IMG/VR virus record: IMGVR_UViG_3300009285_001996
Strand: one strand, 5' to 3'
Source: a virus
Length of the DNA stretch: 64,000 bases
The notes under the pieces were generated by a model. That model had not been told where the DNA came from, made no database searches, and saw nothing but the letters and a program-made list of their open reading frames with translations. The position numbers and the translations under genes were made by a program. Positions 16,197-26,105 of the stretch are shown here, piece by piece; positions within the stretch are counted from its first letter, which is position 1, and each line of letters begins with the position of its first letter.

Positions 16197-17084
16197 ATGC
16201 CCGAATTAGTCAATAAGTATTTCCCAGTTTTAGATCATGGTTTTGTTGCCCTAAAAGATTATATGGGTAGCGACCAAGATATTGAAGAGGCGGCTAGGGT
16301 CAGCTATGGTGGTGGTAATAGGAAGGCTTCAGATACCCGTAATTTATTGCGTTATTTAATGAGAATGAGGCATACAAGCCCGTTCGAGATGGCAGAAATA
16401 AAATTACATATGGGATTACCCATCTTTGTAGCCCGCCAAGCCATCAGGCATCGTGTTTTCTCAACTAATGAATTTAGCGGTCGTTATTCAGTAATGCCAT
16501 CTATTTTTTATGAGCCATCAAGAGATAGATATGTAGAACAAAGTAAAACTAATAAACAGGGTAGCAATTTCGATTCTCTAATTTTTGATAATGATGATGA
16601 TTGGGAGGATTTTGAGCAATCTCGTTGTATATCTAGGGAGATATCCGAAATACACTACAACTGGTGTATTAAAAAGGGAATTAGCAGGGAAATAGCCAGA
16701 ATAGATTTACCACTCTCTACTTATACTTATTGGTATTGGAAGGTCGATCTACACAATCTACTCCATTTCCTTGAACTAAGACTAGATGAACACGCCCAAT
16801 GGGAAATTCGTCAATACGCCAAAATAATTGCTGGAATTGTTGGGCAACTTTTCCCATTAACTTGGGAAGCGTTCTGTGATTATAGGTTATATGGGGCAAA
16901 ATTTAGCTATCAAGAAATGAAGGGGTTAATAGATGATAAAGACCCAGAAGGCTTATCTCGTCGGGAATATGGCGAATTTAAGAGAAAGATAAGTGAATTA
17001 CCAATATATAATACTTACCCATTAGATATTTCCTCTGCTAAAGACCATAAGTATTTTGAGGATATGATTGCAAAATCGTTGTAA
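16197..17084 (+). CDS. thyX: FAD-dependent thymidylate synthase
   Basis: AARVSY, HTSPFE, RHRVFSTNEFSGRY ThyX signature, HAQWEIR. Confidence 0.95.
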   Translation: MPELVNKYFPVLDHGFVALKDYMGSDQDIEEAARVSYGGGNRKASDTRNLLRYLMRMRHTSPFEMAEIKLHMGLPIFVARQAIRHRVFSTNEFSGRYSVMPSIFYEPSRDRYVEQSKTNKQGSNFDSLIFDNDDDWEDFEQSRCISREISEIHYNWCIKKGISREIARIDLPLSTYTYWYWKVDLHNLLHFLELRLDEHAQWEIRQYAKIIAGIVGQLFPLTWEAFCDYRLYGAKFSYQEMKGLIDDKDPEGLSRREYGEFKRKISELPIYNTYPLDISSAKDHKYFEDMIAKSL

Positions 17085-17096
17085 TGGAGTGCTGGT

Positions 17097-17714
17097 GTGG
17101 AGATTAAAATTGTAAAAACATTGGATGAATTAGCCAAAATATGGGAATTGACATATAGTGAGTATTTACGAGAGGGTTATTGTTCTCCGCGTCCATGTAA
17201 TAAACTATGTCACTATAAGCATTTAGATATTACAGACAATGGTGAGTTATACCCTCAAACAACCGTGTATTATGTAGAAGAATATGGAGAGGTGGTGGGG
17301 ACAAACAGTATTACATTGGATGGACTAGGGGGACTGCACGTTGATGGCTCATTTCGAGAAGCTGTAGATGAAATCAGATTAGAGGCAAAAGAAGCGAAAA
17401 AGGTGTTGGCGTCATCATGGAGAATTGTAACAAGTTATAAGTTGCGCAATACTATATCTGTATTAACAGAGTTAGTTAATGTTGTATATAACCAAATTGT
17501 AAAAAATAATATTGATATTACTTTATTTATTTTCCACCCAAAACACGCACAATTTTACGAACGAATGGTGGGATTAAAGACGATTGCTGGACCACTCTCA
17601 GAACTTGCGGTTACTGGTCATCCAGCCGTGTTAATGAGGGGCGACATAGAAGATGTTGATATATGGCGTAATACATACGCTAGACTTAAAAGAAGAGGTA
17701 GAAAAAATGCGTGA
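17097..17714 (+). CDS. GNAT-fold N-acyl amino acid synthase (FeeM-like)
   Basis: YSEYLREGY, VGTNSITLDGLGGLHVD, HPKHAQFYERMVG, HPAVLM resemble FeeM/NAS acyltransferases. Confidence 0.6.
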   Translation: MEIKIVKTLDELAKIWELTYSEYLREGYCSPRPCNKLCHYKHLDITDNGELYPQTTVYYVEEYGEVVGTNSITLDGLGGLHVDGSFREAVDEIRLEAKEAKKVLASSWRIVTSYKLRNTISVLTELVNVVYNQIVKNNIDITLFIFHPKHAQFYERMVGLKTIAGPLSELAVTGHPAVLMRGDIEDVDIWRNTYARLKRRGRKNA

Positions 17715-18189
17715 TACAATAGGACAATTTAAGTATAATGTAACGACAGAGATTTCTAGGTTAAAACTTTGTAAATCAGACCGTGATAGTTTAATTATTA
17801 ACCATATCCCACTAGTAATAAAATTAGCATCGGTGTATGGTAAACGTAAGCATAACACAGAAGAGTTAATAGGTGTTGGTTGTTTGCGGTTGCTTGAGGT
17901 CGTAGATAAATACTTTGATAAAAAAAGAGGTAATTTAACAACATTGTTATATAGGGCAATTCCACAGTCGTTTAGACAACACGCTAGAGAAAATGAGTAT
18001 CTGGTTAAATTTCCGAGAAGGACATGGAAACAAATGGGTAAAATTAGAGTGTTTTGTAATGAGCATGGGGGAAATTTTCCGTCTAAAACTGAAATGAAAA
18101 GTCTTTTAGGATATCAAAGATTTTCACAGAAAAGGTATGGTGAATTATTTTGTGCGTGGACGTGCTTAAATAAGGAGGCGGTTGAGTGA
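17707..18189 (+). CDS. sigma-70 region 2 protein (FliA/SigB-like, apparently lacking region 4)
   Basis: RDSLIINHIPLVIKLA, EELIGVGCLRLLEVVDKY, ENEYLVKFPR. Confidence 0.65.
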   Translation: MRDTIGQFKYNVTTEISRLKLCKSDRDSLIINHIPLVIKLASVYGKRKHNTEELIGVGCLRLLEVVDKYFDKKRGNLTTLLYRAIPQSFRQHARENEYLVKFPRRTWKQMGKIRVFCNEHGGNFPSKTEMKSLLGYQRFSQKRYGELFCAWTCLNKEAVE

Positions 18190-18845
18190 AAAAAAAGATT
18201 ACCTGGATGAAGTTCGTGGACCCTTTGGGCAGCAACCTAGATGACGTGGAAATGCCAGGCTTTGAAGATGACGAAGAATCTGAAATTATGTCTGACATGG
18301 AAGATGAAGGAATGTTTGCCAAACAAAACCTACAGGTCATGCAAACTCCATTTGGTGTGATGACTGTGGGAGATCATTCCGTGGTATCTCGCCAATTCGA
18401 TTTTTGGTGGTTATTCAGCAATTTCTCCATAACATCAGAAATCTTAAATATGATCGAGGCAGTTCCAGGCGTGGAGATTATCGACAAATACTGCTTAACT
18501 CGCTATCGCATGAAAATAGGGTTTCCTATATCTGGGTTGTTCGATTCTGCCAAAGTGAAAGCTAATATTCAAGCTATTATTGATAATATTGACGCAGAAG
18601 TGGACACGATAAAAGATGATGAATTAGCTAATTTTTTACCACAAGAGATAATAGAGGAGGTGGGGGTAGTACGAAATCAAATACGAGAATATAATTATTG
18701 GTCAATAGCAGTATTACCAAACGGACGAATCTCCCATGTCGAAGACAACGATCTTAGTGATAACTTTTTACACAATACATTTATTTATAAATTAGCAACT
18801 CAGTTAGTGGACGGATATTTATTATCAAGTAGTGATTATCAATAG
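18186..18845 (+). CDS. hypothetical protein
   Basis: 219-aa acidic ORF with GGAGG RBS. Confidence 0.65.
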   Translation: MKKKITWMKFVDPLGSNLDDVEMPGFEDDEESEIMSDMEDEGMFAKQNLQVMQTPFGVMTVGDHSVVSRQFDFWWLFSNFSITSEILNMIEAVPGVEIIDKYCLTRYRMKIGFPISGLFDSAKVKANIQAIIDNIDAEVDTIKDDELANFLPQEIIEEVGVVRNQIREYNYWSIAVLPNGRISHVEDNDLSDNFLHNTFIYKLATQLVDGYLLSSSDYQ

Positions 18846-19554
18846 TCAATTATCCACCAATTTGAAGTTTCTTATGGGCAATAAAAAAACCGAAATTACC
18901 GATAGGATTACTAACTTACAGTATTATGGAATTGATGTAGATACTAGAGAATTATGGTTACATAGTTATCCAGATTCCACCCTACCAGAGGAGGATGAAG
19001 AGCCAGGAATTTGTTATAGGATAACCGCTACTTTTATTAAAAATTTATTCTTACTTGACCATCTTGGTAATGATTCAATACTTATACACGTAATGTTATG
19101 TGGGGGGTCGTGGAATTTCGGCATAGCAATTTATGATGCCATTAGGGCGGTCAAGAGTAATACGATAGTGGTTGCCCATGCTTATGCGAGATCAATGTCC
19201 ACGGTTATACCTCAAGCTGCCAACTTACGCCTAATTATGCCGAATGCCGATGTTCTAATTCATTTTGGTAGCGAACACTATTCGGGAAATTACATGACGG
19301 TACAGGCAGGGGTTGAGTGGGACAAATTACAAACAGAGACAATGCTGGATATCTACCAAGGGCGCTGCTCCAACGGTCGATTTTGGCAGGAAAATAATAT
19401 AGGTAATATAAAAGAGTGGCTAAGACAGAAAATGGTGGAGAAACAGGACTACTATATGACGGCGGAAGAGGCGGTCAGAATGGGGTTCTTCGATGGGGTG
19501 GTCGGAGACAAAGGTATAGAAAATATAGGGAAGATTAGGAGGGTATTATCGTGA
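18832..19554 (+). CDS. clpP: ClpP-family protease subunit
   Basis: GG...GIAIYDAI, ARSM (Ser), LIMPNADVLIH (His), DYYMTAEEAVRMGFFDGV. Confidence 0.8.
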   Translation: MIINSQLSTNLKFLMGNKKTEITDRITNLQYYGIDVDTRELWLHSYPDSTLPEEDEEPGICYRITATFIKNLFLLDHLGNDSILIHVMLCGGSWNFGIAIYDAIRAVKSNTIVVAHAYARSMSTVIPQAANLRLIMPNADVLIHFGSEHYSGNYMTVQAGVEWDKLQTETMLDIYQGRCSNGRFWQENNIGNIKEWLRQKMVEKQDYYMTAEEAVRMGFFDGVVGDKGIENIGKIRRVLS

Positions 19555-19727
19555 GTGAAATACAACGTGGGGATTAACCAAACGACTAGTTTTCCCCCTA
19601 CTTCCTCCTGCTAAAACCCTCTTTGTGGTGTATATTAAGGTGGAATTGGACAGTTGAGGCAGCTTACGTTGCTCCAACACAACATCTGGACAACAGGATT
19701 GAATCTCAAAAGTGGAGATTTCATAAT

Positions 19728-20261
19728 ATGGCTACGACAACTGTAAAGGCTGGGGCGGTAAAGCAAAATTGTGGGGTGGCGGCGCTTGCCAATGTGCCAG
19801 CAGACTCCCCAATTACCGATGGTCTAAACTTAACGGAAATGACTGGCAATAAAACCGTTGGTGGTGTAAAGGGTCCAGAGACCGATGCTACTATTGCGGC
19901 GGGAACTGATAGTAAAGGTGTTTATCAACCCCTAACGGGTGATTACGCAAAAACTAGAGCGGAACAATACGTTGTGCAAGGGGCTACTACCAAAATTGCT
20001 GGACAAGCCTATGCGAATGGTGTTTTTACGAATGCCGATAAGGGGTTTGGGCGGTATCCACAACCAATCGAGTCCCGTAGAACTATACATATTAGTGATT
20101 GGTCTTACATTACGGGTGCGGCTACTATTACTGGAGTTACCAACGATAGTTTTGGCTCAGACAATGCGGCTCGACCAACTCGCTCTATTCCTGGCGAGCT
20201 AGTAGTTATGCGTACTGGTAAAACCCCGACTCAAAGCGATTACGCTGAGAAAACGGGCTAA
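19728..20261 (+). CDS. hypothetical protein (possible virion protein)
   Basis: Thr/Gly/Ala-rich composition, GGAG RBS, followed by a GC hairpin. Confidence 0.55.
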   Translation: MATTTVKAGAVKQNCGVAALANVPADSPITDGLNLTEMTGNKTVGGVKGPETDATIAAGTDSKGVYQPLTGDYAKTRAEQYVVQGATTKIAGQAYANGVFTNADKGFGRYPQPIESRRTIHISDWSYITGAATITGVTNDSFGSDNAARPTRSIPGELVVMRTGKTPTQSDYAEKTG

Positions 20262-20322
20262 CCATTACAATTAACAATGGGGGCTGGTAATAGTGCCACG
20301 CCCCCCTAGCGGAGATAGAGCA

Positions 20323-20775
20323 ATGCAAGAGAACATCGGGCTAGGCGAGTTAATTGGAGTAATGTTGGCTGTTTTAGCAGTATTTGAAATATTAGCTAGA
20401 GTTATAGTATCACTAATTGACAAATTTATTGGTAAAGGACCAGAATCTCACAAAAAATGCGTGTTTAACGATGCTGAAAGTCAAATAGAAGCAAGGAAGG
20501 GCATTGATGAAATAAGGGTAAAAATTAACGAAGTTCACAGTGTTATTGGGGCGGTTGATGAGGCGGGCACTCGATTAGTATATTTCCCGAGAGCTTTTTT
20601 ACAACAACAATATCAATACCAAGAACGTCAAATAGACGTACAACTTGGTCTACAATCTAAGTTGTTAGATAGAATAGAAGAAATTAACCGTGGACAAGAA
20701 AGGTTGGCTAATCTACTGGATATAATGGGAAAGACGATAGAAAAATTAGTAGACAGGGTAGAAAAACTATTATAG
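20323..20775 (+). CDS. membrane-anchored coiled-coil protein
   Basis: One N-terminal TM segment, Gln/Glu-rich coiled-coil. Confidence 0.55.
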   Translation: MQENIGLGELIGVMLAVLAVFEILARVIVSLIDKFIGKGPESHKKCVFNDAESQIEARKGIDEIRVKINEVHSVIGAVDEAGTRLVYFPRAFLQQQYQYQERQIDVQLGLQSKLLDRIEEINRGQERLANLLDIMGKTIEKLVDRVEKLL

Positions 20776-20786
20776 AGAGGTGAAAA

Positions 20787-21323
20787 ATGTTCAGGACAAT
20801 GCTTGTAATTTTGATGGCTTTGGTTTTAGTAGGCGTAGCATGGGGAGATGGATTACCCACTACTCCCAGTCAAACAATTATCAATAATGGAATTAAACCA
20901 TTGGCGGAACCAACGCCTTTAGCTATACGAAAAGGACTTGTAGATCAACATAACCTTATTTATGAACAACACAAGGTTTTATACAGTCACGAAGACGCGA
21001 TGAAAATGGGGCTCAAAGAAAATAAGTATGTCTTTATTTATTTTCATTCTGAATATTGTTCTCCCTGTAGGAGAATAGAACAAACATTTAATAACCCGCA
21101 AGTTAAACAAGCATTACAAACCTATATTATTTACATAGTAGACGTAGATCGAGAGCCCGGTATACTTGAGATGTATAGACAAGCATTTCAAAATCATCCA
21201 TTTAAGATTACAGGAATTCCCTTTTACGCATTAGTAAATCCGTACACCCGAAAATGCGAGAGATGGGGCGTCGGTTTTCGTTCAAGTTCGGAATTTTTGT
21301 ACTGGCTCGCGTATAACAGATAA
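20787..21323 (+). CDS. exported thioredoxin-fold protein
   Basis: Signal peptide; YFHSEYCSPC; ITGIPF cis-Pro motif. Confidence 0.8.
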   Translation: MFRTMLVILMALVLVGVAWGDGLPTTPSQTIINNGIKPLAEPTPLAIRKGLVDQHNLIYEQHKVLYSHEDAMKMGLKENKYVFIYFHSEYCSPCRRIEQTFNNPQVKQALQTYIIYIVDVDREPGILEMYRQAFQNHPFKITGIPFYALVNPYTRKCERWGVGFRSSSEFLYWLAYNR

Positions 21324-21462
21324 TGTGCCACTCCCCCATAAATAAAGACTGTGTACCCAGACAACGGTACGAGTAAAGGCGACAGCGGGGGACGCAAGTG
21401 ACACGACCCTTAGTGGCAAATTAAAACTGTCGCCTCTTTTATTAAATTATTACCTTATAGTT

Positions 21463-21669
21463 ATGCCTATTAAATATACAAAAACAGAAGCCAAAAATAA
21501 ATCTCTACTATGTGGAATTGAGATGATTGGAGATTATTTTTTAGGTAACACTAAAACAGACTTTAAATGTTCAAAATGCGGGAAGATATTCAAAACGAGA
21601 CCTAATAGTGTTTGGCAGGGGAAAGTATTATCATGTGGACATTGTAATGATCCACAAACTTATTATTGA
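21463..21669 (+). pseudogene. truncated Zn-ribbon endonuclease-like remnant
   Basis: GIEMIGDY..KCSKCG..SCGHC; paralogous to 30656-30943; no nuclease domain. Confidence 0.5.
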
Positions 21670-21822
21670 TTTTTTTATCGTTAAAACAAATCAGTATGGA
21701 CAATTAACTAAAACAATGTTAAATTATCCAGAAAAATATGAAGAATATATTTGCAATTTTGACCCTCCCAAAATGTATAATGGACAATTAAACGAAAAAA
21801 TAAAAAATATTGTATAATAAAT

Positions 21823-22107
21823 ATGGCATCCATTCGCTTCCTAGTTGATAAACAGGTCAGAATTTTAGAAATGTCGATTAAAAACGGCAGTCTAACTTTA
21901 GATGAACGGGTAGCGGCTGTAAGAACCGGACAGATTTATCAAATAGATAGTTACGATAATGGTCCAGAAAATACTATAAATGTAGTTTTCGGTCAAAACT
22001 CACCATTAAGAGGTATAGTTTTAGGCATTTCTAAAGCGGATATAACATTAAATCCAGACGTTCAACCTGAACTAGCACAAAATCAAGGTGGATGTAAATC
22101 TTGCTAA
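21823..22107 (+). CDS. hypothetical protein
   Basis: ORF; weak similarity to the next ORF. Confidence 0.55.
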   Translation: MASIRFLVDKQVRILEMSIKNGSLTLDERVAAVRTGQIYQIDSYDNGPENTINVVFGQNSPLRGIVLGISKADITLNPDVQPELAQNQGGCKSC

Positions 22108-22130
22108 CCAATAATAGAGGTATTATATAG

Positions 22131-22496
22131 ATGAATCACATCAGATTATTAACAAATGCCGTAATTCATGCCCAGTACAAAACGGGCGATAAACACTTGA
22201 AGGTTCCCTCTGGTAGATTTCTCCCTGTACAAAAACTAGTCGAAAATCCCGATAACACGGTTACGGCATACTTACAAGATGGGGGAATCGTGCATTCTTT
22301 AGATAAGTCTTGTTTTTCCGTTCAAGGACAATTAGTATATGAGAAAGCGACAACCCATGAAGGGGCACAACGGGAACCGCCAACTCCAGTTCTTACCCAC
22401 AACGAACCCGCCCTCTCTATTCCGGATGAATTACCCGCCCCCTTTTCTCCCGCCTTATCAGATGAAGATTTTGAACAAACTGTAGATGATGAATAA
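22131..22496 (+). CDS. hypothetical protein
   Basis: ORF with GAGG RBS; Pro/acidic tail. Confidence 0.6.
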   Translation: MNHIRLLTNAVIHAQYKTGDKHLKVPSGRFLPVQKLVENPDNTVTAYLQDGGIVHSLDKSCFSVQGQLVYEKATTHEGAQREPPTPVLTHNEPALSIPDELPAPFSPALSDEDFEQTVDDE

Positions 22497-22514
22497 AGGC
22501 TAGGAGTATCTAAA

Positions 22515-22766
22515 GTGGAATCTTTGGGGTGGATAGGATCAGTTTTGTTGGGTATATGCGGGATTTTTCAACTATGGCGGATACACACAACCAAGAGTGC
22601 GTCAGACCTATCTTATCTTTTCCTGCTATCATGGCTTTTGGGTGAAGTTTTTCTATTTTGGTATGTCATATCTATGCAGGAAGTTAGTATATCGCTATTA
22701 TTCAACTATTCATTTAATATAGTGATAGTAATACTCTTAATTATGGGAAGAATAATATATGAATGA
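22515..22766 (+). CDS. PQ-loop / SemiSWEET-like small membrane protein
   Basis: Three TM segments; LGWIG...QLWRIHTTKSASDLSYLF motif. Confidence 0.7.
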   Translation: MESLGWIGSVLLGICGIFQLWRIHTTKSASDLSYLFLLSWLLGEVFLFWYVISMQEVSISLLFNYSFNIVIVILLIMGRIIYE

Positions 22767-22992
22767 TGTACAAGAGACGTTGAGAGCCATTTATGAAAAC
22801 CCTAAAGAATTAGCCTCTAGGTATGCGGGCAAAATCAGTGGAAAGCGGGTGCGGCTGTGCAAAAAGTGTAACAATCGGGGATATTTAGAGTTTACCGCGC
22901 CCGCTGGAAAGACTATTATAGAACATACTATTGTGTGTGAATGCGTGTTGGCCAACATCAAAAGTGAGGCGTTGGAGTGTGGACATGGGTAA
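22759..22992 (+). CDS. hypothetical Zn-finger protein
   Basis: CKKCNNRG...CEC. Confidence 0.55.
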   Translation: MNDVQETLRAIYENPKELASRYAGKISGKRVRLCKKCNNRGYLEFTAPAGKTIIEHTIVCECVLANIKSEALECGHG

Positions 22993-23108
22993 GACGGTGC
23001 GGCGGCGGGATAAGCAAACCCGCAAATTTCTGAAAGAGCGTAAGTTAAGCAGGAAAAAGCGCAGTGGACAGTTTGAAGATTTATTCGTGAAACACAGGGA
23101 TAGAAACA

Positions 23109-23714
23109 ATGGTGGATAGTATACTTTTTGGAGATTATCTAAGAGAATGGAGAAAATATCTTAGTGAAGAAGAAATTGTAAAATATACACCAGTCCTGAA
23201 AGAGTGGTTCGAGCATATACAACCAGTAGAAAGACCGTCTTGGGATGAATATTTTATGTCGTTGGCGATTTTGGCTAGCTCAAGGTCGATGGATGCCCAA
23301 AGCAAATTTGGGTGTGTGCTAGTGAAAGATAAGAGAGTTTTAAGTATAGGATATAATTCTTCACCTGGGAAAATGGATGATTCACTACTGCCGAACCTAA
23401 GACCAACTAAATATAAATTTATGGTACACGCTGAATTAAACGCGCTCAATCTATGTAATAATAGACCAGATGGAGCAACGGCATATGTAACAGGAATTCC
23501 CTGCTCTGTTTGTTTGCGTAGCTTATATCAATCGGGAGTGCGAGAAATAGTTTGTTTGAATGTCCTAGCTAATATGCAGAAGGATGACCCAGAGGAAGAA
23601 TTAACATTTAATACAATAGTTAAGATGGGCAAAATGAGCGTTAGATTTATTAGGTTGGATAAAGAGAAGTTATTAGGTGTTTTTACTAATTCTCTAAATA
23701 GGTTGGGAGTATAA
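23109..23714 (+). CDS. dCMP deaminase
   Basis: RPSWDEYFM, GYNS, HAELNA, PCSVC. Confidence 0.9.
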   Translation: MVDSILFGDYLREWRKYLSEEEIVKYTPVLKEWFEHIQPVERPSWDEYFMSLAILASSRSMDAQSKFGCVLVKDKRVLSIGYNSSPGKMDDSLLPNLRPTKYKFMVHAELNALNLCNNRPDGATAYVTGIPCSVCLRSLYQSGVREIVCLNVLANMQKDDPEEELTFNTIVKMGKMSVRFIRLDKEKLLGVFTNSLNRLGV

Positions 23715-23919
23715 TATGATTAGTTTTGATAATCCCCAGTTCTGCACATACGCCATCTCGCTTTGGGTGCGTGACGCCAACGGTAATGGTATTAGGAAGA
23801 TCAGTTGTGAGAGCAATTCAGCAGATGAGATTTGCGGATTTTTTCAAAAGCATGGCGGCAGCTATTACCGAAAAAGTAAGAAAAAGACTGACAAAAAAAT
23901 AGAGAATAATTAAACAGCA

Positions 23920-26094
23920 ATGTCAATGAAGGCACTACAAAGCTATACCTATTATTCTAGGTATGCTTGTTATAACAAAGAAAATAAGAGACGGGAAACT
24001 TGGTTTGAAGCTGTTGACAGAATGATGGATATGCACCTACGAAAGTATCCAATTATAAAGGATGAAATAGAATGGATTAGACCACTAATAAAAGAAAAAA
24101 GATTATTGGGATCACAAAGAGCTTTACAATACGGCGGTGCGCCAATAGAGAAAAAGAACGCTAGATTATATAATTGCTCCTTTTCATATTGCGATAGACC
24201 TAGATTCTTTCAAGAAGCATTATGGATGTTATTATGTGGCTCTGGTGTCGGATTTTCTGTACAGAAGCACCACATAGATAAACTACCAAAAATTAAAGAC
24301 CCAGCTACAAACATTGTAGAAACTTTTATTATTCCAGACTCTATAGAAGGATGGGCTGATGCTTTAGGTATACTTATTGCCACATATATGGAAAGCAAAG
24401 AATATACAGAGTGGTATGGTAAAACCGTAAAATTTGATTATTCTCAAATACGATCATTAGGGTCTAAGTTATCTTCTGGTGTTGGCAAAGCTCCAGGTCC
24501 AGAACCGCTACACAGATCATTAAATAAAATACGTGAATTATTAAATAAATGTATTTTGGAAGGACAAAAAAAATTAAAACCCATCAATGCTTACGATATA
24601 GTAATGCACTCTGCCGACGCAGTTTTAAGCGGTGGTGTTCGTAGGTCCGCCACTATTTGTTTATTTAGTATTGACGATCAGGAAATGATGTCGGCAAAAA
24701 CAGGGAACTGGTTTTATGATAATCCACAAAGGAGTAGATCGAATAATTCAGTAATGCTATTGAGGCAGAATACTTCTAAAGAGGATTTTTTAAACATTAT
24801 TGATAAGGTTAGAGAGTTTGGAGAACCAGGATTTATTTGGGTAGAAGATTTAGAATGCGGATTTAACCCATGCGTCGAGGTTGGGTTATATGCGTATGAT
24901 AGTGAAAATAGGTCGGGTTGGCAAGTTTGCAATTTATCTGAGATTAATGGGGGAAAAATAAAGTGCGAAGAAGATTTTGCGTTAGCCGCTAGAGGAGCAG
25001 CTATTTTAGGTACTTTACAAGCTGGATATACTAATTTTGAATACCTTGGAAGTATTTCGGAAGAAATAATACGTAGAGAAGCATTATTGGGTGTGTCGAT
25101 AACTGGTATGATGGATAATCCAGATATTATTTTTGACCCAGAAATTCAAAAACGAATGGCTAAATTGGTTGTTAAAACAAATAAGTGGGTGGCAAATAAG
25201 ATAGGGATAAATCAGGCGGCGAGAACAACCTGTATTAAACCGGCGGGATCAACGTCTTGTGTATTGGGAACTTCCAGTGGTATACATCCACATCATGCCA
25301 GGCGTTATTTTAGAAGAGTGCAAGCTAATGCAATAGAGCCAGTTTTATCTTTTTTTAAGAAATACAATTCCTATGCTGTAAGTAAGAGTGTGTGGTCGGC
25401 TAATAACACGGACGAAATTATTACTTTTTGTATCGAGGTTCCAGATGGAGCAAAAATAAAAAACCAAATTTCTGCTATAGAATTACTGGAATACGTCAAG
25501 GAAACACAGAAAAATTGGGTATGCAATGGAAAAGTTCAAGAACTTTGCGCTAATGAAAATTTATCACATAACGTATCTAATACTATAAATGTAAGAGATG
25601 ACGAATGGGATATCGTAGCAGATTATATATATAAAAATAGAAAGTGGTTTGCTGGAATATCTTTATTGCCATCATCTGGAGACCTTGATTACCCACAAGC
25701 GCCAATGGTAAAGGTTAAGCTACCAACAGAAATTTTGCGAATATATGGGGATTGCGCTTTGGTTGCATCTGGATTAGTGGTTGATGGAATGCACTCGTTT
25801 GATAATAATTTATGGGCTGGTTGTGACGCAATATTAGGATTAGGTAGCGAACAAACCACAGAAGATAAATTAGATTGGATAAGGCGTGTCAAACGGTTTG
25901 CAGAAAGATATTTAGGTGGTGACACAAGAAAGGCAACCTATTTACTAAAAGATGTTAATAATTGGAAAACTTGGATGGATTTAAATAGAGAATACAAGGA
26001 TGTGCCATATGAAGAATTTATTGAACAAGAGAATACCGTTGATTTACATGACACAATAGCGTGTGCCAACGGAGCTTGTGAGATACATATATAG
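23920..26094 (+). CDS. nrdJ: class II (adenosylcobalamin-dependent) ribonucleotide reductase
   Basis: YNCSF, GSGVGFS, GGVRRSA, FNPCVE, CNLSE, TCIKPAGS, C-terminal CANGAC; no R2 gene nearby. Confidence 0.88.
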   Translation: MSMKALQSYTYYSRYACYNKENKRRETWFEAVDRMMDMHLRKYPIIKDEIEWIRPLIKEKRLLGSQRALQYGGAPIEKKNARLYNCSFSYCDRPRFFQEALWMLLCGSGVGFSVQKHHIDKLPKIKDPATNIVETFIIPDSIEGWADALGILIATYMESKEYTEWYGKTVKFDYSQIRSLGSKLSSGVGKAPGPEPLHRSLNKIRELLNKCILEGQKKLKPINAYDIVMHSADAVLSGGVRRSATICLFSIDDQEMMSAKTGNWFYDNPQRSRSNNSVMLLRQNTSKEDFLNIIDKVREFGEPGFIWVEDLECGFNPCVEVGLYAYDSENRSGWQVCNLSEINGGKIKCEEDFALAARGAAILGTLQAGYTNFEYLGSISEEIIRREALLGVSITGMMDNPDIIFDPEIQKRMAKLVVKTNKWVANKIGINQAARTTCIKPAGSTSCVLGTSSGIHPHHARRYFRRVQANAIEPVLSFFKKYNSYAVSKSVWSANNTDEIITFCIEVPDGAKIKNQISAIELLEYVKETQKNWVCNGKVQELCANENLSHNVSNTINVRDDEWDIVADYIYKNRKWFAGISLLPSSGDLDYPQAPMVKVKLPTEILRIYGDCALVASGLVVDGMHSFDNNLWAGCDAILGLGSEQTTEDKLDWIRRVKRFAERYLGGDTRKATYLLKDVNNWKTWMDLNREYKDVPYEEFIEQENTVDLHDTIACANGACEIHI

Positions 26095-26105
26095 GATATT
26101 ATCAT

